A DNA stretch of 64,000 nt, from NCBI GenBank assembly GCA_002269645.1, contig NIVC01001941.1:25910-89909 (forward strand). The letters are read 5' to 3'. Source of the stretch: Macrostomum lignano (Eukaryota). Both the position numbers and the translations under genes were made by a program. The notes under the pieces were generated by a model. The model had not been told where the DNA came from and searched no databases. It saw only the letters and a program-made list of their open reading frames with translations. This document shows, one piece after another, positions 1 to 9,800 of this stretch (positions are counted from its first letter, which is position 1; each line of letters starts with the position of its first letter).

Positions 1-485
1 TCTCCTCTCTCCTCTCTCCTCTCTCCTCTCATCTCCTCTCCTCCTCTCCTCTCCTCCTCTCCTCTCCTCCTCTCCTCCTCTCTCCTCTCTCCTCTCTCCT
101 CTCTCCTCTCTCCTCTCTTCTCTCTCCTCTCATCTCCTCTCCTCCTCTCCTCATCTCCTCTCTCCTCTCTCCTCTCTCCTCTCTCCTCTCATCTCCTCTC
201 CTCCTCTCCTCTCCTCCTCTCCTCCTCTCTTCTCTCTCCTCTCATCTCCTCTCCTCCTCTCTTCTCTCTCCTCTCATCTCCTCTCCTCCTCTCCTCATCT
301 CCTCTCTCCTCCTCTCCTCTCCTCCTCTCCTCCTCTCTTCTCTCTCCTCTATTCTCACTCATTTTCTCTCCTCCTGTCCTCTCTTTTCTCCCTCCTTTCT
401 CCACTCCTCTCTTCTCCTTTATTATCTCACCTCTCCTTTCTCTTACCTCCCTTCTCTCTTCTTTATTTCCTCTCCTCTCTCCCCT
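1..485. repeat. CT-rich low-complexity microsatellite
   Basis: Almost pure ctctc/ctcctct runs; the ORF over it (EERRRG...) is an artefact. Confidence 0.95.
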
Positions 486-2120
486 CCTCTGGGCCCACAG
501 TCAGTCTCTAGGTTCTCTATCTGGCTCGTCAAATATTTAAATTTCCTATTTGTCACATTATTCATTAAGTTTTCAGTAGAAAATCATCCAACAGTAGTTC
601 AGCTTCTGCCCACTTGTTAAGCTTGGTGGCTCTGATGTTTGCAACATGTGATCTGGCCCTGTAGTCTGTGGGCGTGTGTTTGAAAACTGCTGCATGTTTG
701 ACCAGTAGGTTTGCTTTGGCGCAGTCTGCTATGGATGAGGCTGACTGTTGACCAGCACATTCAATAATTGGCATATGGTAAATGGATTAAAAATTACGAG
801 CGCTATGCTTGGACCTTAGCAACAGAATCCAGTGGAAATAGATGTACAAGCCGTAAGAGCCGTAAGAGTTTTTGCTGCGTCAAAAGTCAAGACCATCGGC
901 TAACTTTTTCTTGCGCACCTTCGCAAACGATAATCAAGTCACCAACCCTCCGGACCATCGAGATATTCATAAGCGCCAGTGCATTCAATACAGCCCTGTG
1001 CGCCAACCAGCGCTGCGCCTCAGCGCAGCCTTGCCAAGCCTCCAAATTTCACCAGCACATCTCTGCATCAGCTCTGACTTCTTTGGTCACTGGTCTTTAC
1101 TCAGGCGGATCCTTCCAGGGTGGCACCCGGTGACTATGGACACCCTGTGCAAGTTTCTCTGAGTTCGCTGATCAAGCCTCGGCAGTAGGCAAGCCTCAAC
1201 TGCTGGACATCCTCAGCTAGTCTCTCCAGAATTCCGTCATCACCCCGACGCTGTCGGTACCTTCAACAGGTGGCACTGTGGGCAATAGAGCAATACCTTT
1301 AATGAGTAATACGATCAATTACAGTGTATAGCAATCTTTATATTTTACCTATTCGGGCGACGTAAATAATTAATCAGGTTTGAAAAAAGCTATAGAAAAG
1401 CGAAGACGCACTGCATGATGACTGGGTTCATATGAGCGGCACTTGCTCTGAATTTTAAATCCATACTACTCACCAAATGAGTAGAAAGCTTTAAAAAATC
1501 GGCCACTTTGAGTGTACACGTTTTGGCTTGGGAACACGTCTTTTCAGTTGATACTTTTAAGTTTATATCGGCAAAAGTAGGAAAGTAGATGATGAGTTGT
1601 AATGCAGGTGATCCCGTAAAAGCTAGTGGAAATTGCGTAGAAGATAAGTATGCATTGAGTTCAGTGAGTGAACAGAAAAGTACTCCTTTCAACAAGTAAT
1701 TCTTTATAGTTGTCAATAGTCTTTGCTTGAAGAACTTTAACCAGACCTGACAAGACATCTCCATTCAAACGGAGCATTTCTTTTGATCGGATGGCTGCCG
1801 CAACACAGCTGTTATTTGGACATAACCAAACTTGGCAAATAGACTCGTCCTAAGAACACTGTGACAGTAGCATTTAGTGTCTTGAGAGCAGAACCCGATG
1901 CCAGTGCAAATATTGCTAAGACACTGGGATCATATATGACGAGAGAATGAGCTCTGCGCCATCCTGAGCAGATCTTCATCGTTAAGCCCGGAACTCTTTT
2001 CTGTCGCCGTTCATAATTCATATCTCGTGTCATTTATACTAACATAACATGAACATACACCAGCCCCGCCTGTCCCCAAAGGGAAGACTCAGTTCAATCC
2101 ACTATCCACTATTGGGAACA

Positions 2121-2466
2121 TTTTTATTAGAGGCAGGCGCTGTGTGCACCTAAGTGACATTGTCACACAACCGGCGAGAGGCATTGCTGCCCATTCCGCC
2201 GACTCCCCTGAGCAGGCACACAAGCGCGGATACGTACACAGTCATACGCGCAGGCACACACTCACACAGGAGTGTACAGCGGCCCTAACTTTATTTATCG
2301 TTAGGCATGTACACTTCACTGTGCCTTGGGGTCGGCCCTCAAGGCCGTTAATTGCACGAGCAGAGCCAAGCCGCGATTCCAATTTAGCCCCAAATTAATG
2401 TGACTGCACTTGGAATCGAACCTGGACCGCTGACACGGGCCAGGCTACGGCCCACTGACTATCGGG
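2121..2466 (-). mobile_element. tRNA-derived SINE, near full length, head type I
   Basis: On the minus strand: A box TAGTCAGTGG (2452-2461) and B box GGTTCGATTCC (2412-2422), a body shared with six other copies in the window, and a 3' end ...TGCCTCTAATAAAAA. Confidence 0.8.
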
Positions 2467-3023
2467 AATTAACAGAATTTGATCCAATGTAATCATATTC
2501 TCCATATATTTGGACAATTGGGCAAAACTGGTTTGCAACTGCGAAAAAAAGGCTATTCCATAGAGAATCGTCCTTTAATGTTCATGGAGATAGATGTACT
2601 CAGCAGACTAAAAAATACTGCGAAAACTAAGGACTCATTATTTGCCAATAGAAATGTCATTAATTGATGGGTGAAACAAGCCGTGACGAGCTGAGTGCCC
2701 CCCCCCCCCCTAGTCTAGAACAACCAGCATGCAGATAATTATTTACCTTGACAACGAGAGCGAGATCTGCAGCTCTGAAATGGAAATGCGGAAATGTTTT
2801 ACCAAGCCAAACCTCTCGAGGAAGCTTGTGGAGATGAAAATGCAGCAAATAAAAGTTTAGAACCAACGCGTTAATCCCTCATCTCTATCCATATATAGCA
2901 CTGAGAGCAGAGCAGTTTAGCATGAATTAACTCGGGAAAGCAAAAAACTCTCACAAGACGCAAGATAAAAGCTCGACAAACGCAAATATTTGAGTTCAAT
3001 ACTTATCTACCGTTAATAAGCAT

Positions 3024-4178
3024 ATGAACCATCCCGGTGGCAACAAAATGTCTTCAACAGCAACATTACTGCTGCCTGTGCTGCTCTTGCTTGCGACTGT
3101 TTCAGAGTCAAACTCAGCAGCCAGCACTGATGCGGCCACTGCTGCGTGTCAAGCGCTGTCGGAGTCCATCGGTCCGCAGTCGCTGGCGCAGTGCCACACG
3201 TTGATGTACCCCAGCCAGTTCGGCTACCAAACGAACGTCAGCGTGCACATCTTGCTGAAAACTATCTACGGCCTGGACGAGAAGGAGCTGCTGGAGTTCT
3301 CCGCTTGGTTCCAGATTTCATGGACTGACCCTCGGCTGGCCTGGAATTCTTCAGCACCAGGCAGCCCACAGTACTTGCGAGTCGACCGGGGCAGCGTGTG
3401 GCTACCAGACGTTGGCTTCCTTAATTCGAAGGGCGAGATGTTTGACCTCCGAAACACCAAGTTCACTGACGCAGTAATTTTTCCTACTGGGGAAGTCGGC
3501 ATTTACACATTCGCAGTTGTTCAGTTTGCCTGCGCCATCGATGTGAGATACTTCCCATTCGACACTCAGCTGTGCGCCACCCAACTCGGCACCATATCGT
3601 CAGACACTTCCGGGTTCAAATTGTCGGTGTCTATCAGCTACAACAAATCAGAGAACCTGGGCCTGGATTTGTACCAGGTCGGCGAGTGGGAGCTGATAAG
3701 CGTTACTCATGAGCTTTCCCGATATGTGGCCGCTGGTGACAGCCTTTATGTCGCCAACATCAAGTTCCACCTGAAGCGCAAGTGGATGTACTACGCTGTG
3801 CTGGTGATTGTCCCGTTCGAGCTGCTGTCGCTGCTCGCAAGCATCATGTTCCTGGCTGGTGACAAGAGCGACCCGGTGAACCTGTCCATCGCCATCATCA
3901 TGTCCATGACTCTGTACGTGCTGATCGCGTCCCAGTCGGCTCCGAAGTCCATGAACACGATCCCGCTAGTCGGCCTGTTCCTCATGGCTCAGATGCTCAT
4001 CCTCATCGCGTTCACCTTCATCGCTGCTCTAAAAGTCACTTATTCGTCTGCGACCTCGGAGGCGCCATCTAAACTGAAGAAACTGATTTTGTTTCTGTCA
4101 AAGCACAAAAATGTTGTCTGCTTTATAAGCTACATCAGCCTTACTATCATTAATATTATTGTGTTTGTATACATCTGA
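3024..4178 (+). CDS. Intronless divergent nicotinic acetylcholine receptor-like Cys-loop channel subunit (copy 1, 384 aa)
   Basis: Signal peptide; WTDPRLAW and WLPDV motifs; Cys loop C-x13-C (CAIDVRYFPFDTQLC); four hydrophobic helices M1-M4; no vicinal Cys in loop C. Confidence 0.92.
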   Translation: MNHPGGNKMSSTATLLLPVLLLLATVSESNSAASTDAATAACQALSESIGPQSLAQCHTLMYPSQFGYQTNVSVHILLKTIYGLDEKELLEFSAWFQISWTDPRLAWNSSAPGSPQYLRVDRGSVWLPDVGFLNSKGEMFDLRNTKFTDAVIFPTGEVGIYTFAVVQFACAIDVRYFPFDTQLCATQLGTISSDTSGFKLSVSISYNKSENLGLDLYQVGEWELISVTHELSRYVAAGDSLYVANIKFHLKRKWMYYAVLVIVPFELLSLLASIMFLAGDKSDPVNLSIAIIMSMTLYVLIASQSAPKSMNTIPLVGLFLMAQMLILIAFTFIAALKVTYSSATSEAPSKLKKLILFLSKHKNVVCFISYISLTIINIIVFVYI

Positions 4179-4572
4179 CTTCAATTCATTTCTTTGCGCG
4201 CAAGAACCAACTGGTTTTATTGTTCTATGGTTTGGCTGTGAATCAGACGCTGCAACATCTCTTGACTTTGAAATTAAGAGAAAAACATCTCATCCCTTCA
4301 GCCAAGATTCACTATGCGCTGGATTACTATGCCATGGGTTCTTTTCACAACGCTATTTTCCTCAATGCTTCCTCATTTATTTCGTAGAACGTGATATAAT
4401 TAATTTTTTTTATTTTCATAAAGATTCATCATGTGTACATTTATGTAGAGATTCCACATTACTACGATTGTGCTTCAAGGCAATAGTGCAGCCTCATTAA
4501 AGCAGCTATTATCGCTAATGCGTATGTTGAGAAGATAAGTCAACTGACCCTGGGTCTAAAAGATGTGCCTAA

Positions 4573-5044
4573 GGGAACACGAGAATTTCCCGCCGGAAGT
4601 TTTCCCGCCGAGGCTTGCCCGCCGATATTTCCCCGCTGGAGGTTTCCCCGCTGGAGGTTTTCCCGCTGGAGGTTTCCCCGCTGGAGGTTTCCCCGCTGGA
4701 GGTTTCCCCGCTGGAGGTTTCCCCGCTGGAGGTTTCCGCGCTGAAGGTTTCCCGCTGGAGGTTTCCCCGCTGGAGGTTTCCGCGCTGGAGGTTTCCCGCT
4801 GGAGGTTTCCCCGCTGGAGGTTTCCCCGCTGGAGGTTTCCCCGCTGGAGGTTTCCCCGCTGGAGGTTTCCCCGCCGAGATTTCCCCGCAGGGTTTTTCCT
4901 GTCGGAATCTCAAGTCAAATCCAGTCTATAGACAATGCTGGACTAGATTAGAACTAGCCTAAGACTAGATTTCAAATCCAATTGGAAAAACCCTGCGGGA
5001 AAACCTCCGCGGAAAAACTTCCTGCAGGAAACTCTCATAGACCC
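4573..5044. mobile_element. Non-autonomous DNA transposon (MITE, Merlin-like termini) with internal 15-bp tandem array
   Basis: 8-bp direct repeat GTGCCTAA at 4565-4572 and 5045-5052; termini GGG...CCC; imperfect ~30-bp TIR whose core matches 19/22 (4581-4602 vs 5015-5036); internal gtttccccgctggag array at ~4630-4880. Confidence 0.8.
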
Positions 5045-6128
5045 GTGCCTAATAGCCTTCAAAAAACACAGAAATAGTAGCCAGGAGAGCAAACTGCCTA
5101 TTTTAAGGCTAACCATAGCTAGAAATTGCCCTTCATTCGCAGCCTCATCGTTTTTTGCTTAACTGGGTGTCACAGATGCCGTTCTGGAAAATTCCATCAA
5201 CTAGAACCTCTAGTTTTTGAGGTAATTTGTATTTAAGCATGCACCATCCTAGGTTGGGCGCAGTTTACGTAACAATAGCATCATCATTAACATTCTTATT
5301 ATTAATCTAAATATACTAATATTATTACTATTTCTACGATTATTATTGAAAACACGCTGAGGGTACTGGTATTTAATGATATTACTCGAGGCAAAAATTC
5401 AAAAAGCTAGTGAATAAAAATACTTTTCGACCTAACGGGAGTGAAATCTCGTGTTATTCATGCTTGTTTTCTTCTGTAACAATCTGAAGCCTCATGAAGT
5501 TGCTTTCTAGCTTGTGTCATGTCTTTGATGCAGTTTTCTAGGTAGCATTTCCATCATGTCTTCTTGAGTCATTAGGTAAAATATTTAATCTTCTGCAGTA
5601 AGGTTTTTTTAATTCGGAACTTTATCTGGGATTTCCTGTTCAAGTTTATCACGGAGAAGCACGATACAGTAAAAGTTCCAACTGCACTTAAAAAGTAACT
5701 GAACTTCACTTTCTACTCCCCACATGGCACTTTGAGCAGGTCAGCTGTTCTCCTAAGGGATCTTTGGTCTCGCAGTTCTCATTGTGTCGCAACCCAGTTC
5801 ATGGTTCGAACTCTTCTATCGGTAGAGATGTAGAACGTCCTCAATTTTCGGGACCAGAAAACTCTGCATTTGCTATCCGAGTGTTCAGATAATAAGAAGC
5901 TGTCAATTACATTGCTTAATGACAGGAAAGTGTCATTTATTTTAATGTTGTATGGATGTTGTCTTTAGGCTTACTATGAGTAGTAACTATGAAATAAACT
6001 GCAATTGTACCAAGCAATATTATTATTAATCTGAGTAAGTGTAAAAAACGCTAGTCGAACTCTGTTGGCGGCTGAAGGCCTCAAATTTCTAAATTTTTAT
6101 TGCATACTGCGAGACGAGCGCCAGCAAG

Positions 6129-7268
6129 ATGCGAACCTGTAAATGTATTCTGCCTCTGCTTCTACTAGTTCACAGTATCATGCGCTCAAGCGCCATCGAC
6201 CCGGCAACAAACGCTGACGTGCCTGCGTGCCGCGCACTGGCGGAGTCCATCAGACCGCAGGCGCTGCCGCAGTGCCACGTCTTGCTGTCTCCGAGCTACT
6301 TCGGCTACCAAACAGACGTCAGGGTGTTGATTTATCTGAATACCATCTACGGCCTGGACGAAAAGGAGCTGCTGGAGTTCTCTGGCTGGATTTGGATTTC
6401 CTGGACTGACCCTCGACTCGCCTGGAACTCGTCATCGCCGGGCAGCCCGCACCAGCTGCGTCTCCACAGAAACAGCCTCTGGCTACCGGACGTCGAGTTC
6501 CTCAACTCCAAGGGCGAAATGTTCGCCGATGCTCTATTGTTTCCAACCGGAGAAGCTAGCATTTACACATTCGCAGTGGTGCAGTTCGCATGCGCCATCG
6601 ATGGGAGATACTTCCCCTTCGACAGTCAGCTGTGCGCTATTCAAGTCAGCACAGGAACGTCCGACGTCACGCATTTTAACCTATCGGTGTCTGTTTACTA
6701 CAACAGCTCCACGTACGATGGGCTGGAACTTTCCCTGGTTGGCGAGTGGGATCTGGAGAAAGTGACTGGTGAACAGTCCAGAGAAAAGTCACTTGACTTC
6801 AACTTTTATATGGTGGATTTACAATTCCACCTGAAGCGCAGGTGGATGTACTACGCTGTGCTGGTGATTGTCCCGTTCCAGCTGCTGTCGCTGCTCGCAA
6901 GCATCATGTTCCTGGCTGGTGACAAGAGCGACCCGGTGAACCTGTCCATCGCCATCATCATGTCCATGACTCTGTACGTGCTGATCGCGTCCCAGTCGGC
7001 TCCGAAGTCCATGAACACGATCCTGTTCGGTCTGTTCCTCATGATACAAATGCTCATCCTCATCGCGTTCACCTTCATTTCCGCTCTGAAAGCACACCCC
7101 TCATCTGCGCCCTCGGATGCGCCCTCAACGATCAGAAGACTTGGAAGGTTTTTAGCGAGTCACAAGAATGCAATCTGCTTCATCAGCTACATCCTGCTCA
7201 CGGCTGCAAACATAATCGCGCTTGGTTGGAACGCTGGAGCAGGATTTCCGAGTCAACAGAGGCTTTAA
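6129..7268 (+). CDS. Intronless divergent nicotinic acetylcholine receptor-like Cys-loop channel subunit (copy 2, 379 aa)
   Basis: Paralog of 3024-4178: signal peptide, WTDPRLAW, WLPDV, Cys loop CAIDGRYFPFDSQLC, M1-M4; two small in-frame deletions relative to copy 1. Confidence 0.9.
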   Translation: MRTCKCILPLLLLVHSIMRSSAIDPATNADVPACRALAESIRPQALPQCHVLLSPSYFGYQTDVRVLIYLNTIYGLDEKELLEFSGWIWISWTDPRLAWNSSSPGSPHQLRLHRNSLWLPDVEFLNSKGEMFADALLFPTGEASIYTFAVVQFACAIDGRYFPFDSQLCAIQVSTGTSDVTHFNLSVSVYYNSSTYDGLELSLVGEWDLEKVTGEQSREKSLDFNFYMVDLQFHLKRRWMYYAVLVIVPFQLLSLLASIMFLAGDKSDPVNLSIAIIMSMTLYVLIASQSAPKSMNTILFGLFLMIQMLILIAFTFISALKAHPSSAPSDAPSTIRRLGRFLASHKNAICFISYILLTAANIIALGWNAGAGFPSQQRL

Positions 7269-7804
7269 AAATATTTGAGTTTGATATCTTTATATGCTTT
7301 TACTAAAATTCCACATGGTTGCTGAAGCATGATTAGAATGCATGTATATGCATTATTTTTGCACTCAACTCACTCTTTTCGTTGGAGTTGGAGCTAATTT
7401 GGTAAAATGTCCGTAAATTGACTTCTCATGCACTCCCTATTCAGAACATTTCTTTATTAGCTTCTATAATCCATTAACAGCGATGGCTAAGAGCAATGCA
7501 CAAAAGACCACTTTCGTTGATAAGCACCGCGGCTGCATGCAATCTCCTAATTAACACTTTGAAAAAAATTTTCGACACTGGCTAGCAAGAAAAACTGACA
7601 CTTATCGCTGGGATTGCTACATTTTTAAAACGCGCGTCTCGCGTAAAATATCAATGGTTCCCTATATTAGGGCAGTTATTCGTTCAAATCGATTCATGAA
7701 TTCGAAGACAATAAATGTGTCATTTTGCTTGTTTCCTGGCCTCCAATAATCACGGATAATGTATTAATATATATAATAGTTTATACAGCATATGCATATA
7801 CGGT

Positions 7805-8582
7805 ATGGTCTGTAGATTGTCCATAGTTTTGGAGGCAGACAATGGTAGACTGTGCCTATGGTTTTGGAGGCAGACAATGGTCGATTGTGTCTATGGTTTT
7901 GGAGGCAGACAATGGTCGATTGTGTCTATGGTTTTGGAGGCAGACAATGGTAGATTGTGTCTATGGTTTTGGAGGCAGACAATGGTCGATTGTGTCTATG
8001 GTTTTGGAGCCAGACAATGGTCGATTGTGTCTATGGTTTTGGAGGCAGACAATGGTCGATTGTGTCTATGGTTTTGGAGGCAGACAATGGTAGATTGTGT
8101 CTATGGTTTTGGAGGCAGACAATGGTCGATTGTGTCAATGGTTTTGGAGGCAGACAATGGTAGATTGTGTCTATGGTTTTGGAGGCAGACAATGGTCGAT
8201 TGTGTCTATGGTTTTGGAGGCAGACAATGGTCGATTGTGTCTATGGTTTTGGAGGCAGACAATGGTCGATTGTGTCTATGGTTTTGGAGGCAGACAATGG
8301 TCGATTGTGTCTATGGTTTTGGAGGCAGACAATGGTCGATTGTGTCTATGGTTTTGGAGGCAGACAATGGTAGATTGTGTCTATGGTTTTGGAGGCAGAC
8401 AATGGTAGATTGTGTCTATGGTTTTGGAGGCAGACAATGGTCGATTGTGTCTATGGTTTTGGAGGCAGACAATGGTAGATTGTGTCTATGGTTTTGGAGG
8501 CAGACAATGGTAGATTGTGTCTATGGTTTTGGAGGCAGACAATGGTAGATTGTGTCTATGGTTTTGGAGGCAGACAATGGTA
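7805..8582. repeat. 35-bp minisatellite (gtctatggttttggaggcagacaatggtcgattgt)
   Basis: About 21 near-identical tandem units; all ORFs over it are periodic artefacts. Confidence 0.95.
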
Positions 8583-8761
8583 TTCGCACATAGCATGCTA
8601 TTCGCACATTGACTTTTAATTTAGTAACTCTGAAATCCGCGTGCTCCGCACTTTTAGGATGACACGCTAAGCTAGGAATGTAACCAGTTGTTTTTAATTT
8701 GACTCCATTGGCAATACTTTCCAGCTTTCACGCAGAAGAAAAGCACACGTATCGTTAGCTA

Positions 8762-8925
8762 TTTTTATTAGAGGCAGGGGCTCCGTGTACCTTGGTGCAC
8801 CTTCAGCGACATTGTCAACAACCGGCAAGAGGCATTACTGCCCATTCCGCCGACTCCCCTGAGCAGGCATACAAGCGCGCGGATACGTACGAAGTCATAC
8901 GCACAGGCACACACTCACACGCTGA
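8762..8925 (-). mobile_element. Truncated SINE copy (3' part)
   Basis: Matches 2121-2280 (ttttattagaggcagg...gactcccctgagcaggca...cacacactcacac). Confidence 0.75.
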
Positions 8926-9399
8926 TGTCTACAGTGCTGATATCTATGGCGCTGGCGCTATAATACACTATTATTTCATAATCCCTTCATCATCATCAAC
9001 CTTCAGTTATTTGGTTTGAAATAACGATAATGACTCTGTATAATCTCTATCCTTAATTCCCCATGTACCGGTATATTATCTGGAGGATATCACCAGATAC
9101 TAGAAACAACAGTGAAGAGCGTTATCGATTTTTTATTCACAATAGTTGACAAAGCATGTGTTTACTAGTTTTTTTTTATTTTTTTTCGACCAAATAAAAG
9201 TACAACAATATAAATAATACGAAGTATACACATGTGATATGTTGTGCACTGAGAGGCAGATTCTAATTTTGATTGAATAATTGATGAGAAAAATTGAAGA
9301 AAAAAGTAAAAACCAGAAAAATCTGAGTACAAAGTTTTTTTAAAGATCTTTCATCCCTTCAAAACTCGCCACTACATCCGCCCATGATTCATAATCCTT

Positions 9400-9800
9400 A
9401 TATAGTTGTCTTTTCTTCATCCCTTCATCATTCCTCCATGATCCCTTCATCAAACCTTTCATCATCTCTTTAGCATCCCTTCATTCTCCTTTTATCGTCC
9501 TTTCATCATCCATGCATCATCCCTTCATCATCCTTTCATCCTCCTTTCATCACCTCTTCATCATCCTTTTATCGTTTTTTCATCATCCATGCATCATCCC
9601 TTCATCATCCTTTCATCCTCCTTTCATCATCTCTTCATCGTCCCTTCATCATCCCTTCATCATCCTTTCATCATCTTTTCTTCATCCTTTCGTCCTTTCA
9701 TCATCCATGCATCATCCCTTCATCGTCCCTTCATCATCCATTCATCATCCATGAACCATCCTTTCATCATCCCTTCATCGTCCCTTCATCATCCCTTCAT
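9400..9800. repeat. Degenerate catcatccctt low-complexity repeat
   Basis: Short degenerate period visible directly in the sequence. Confidence 0.85.

Noticed and set aside
7805-8582. Regularly repeated 35-bp units resembling a CRISPR array
   Set aside because: The units are contiguous with no unique spacers, the context is eukaryotic, and no cas genes are present; the same applies to the other minisatellites.
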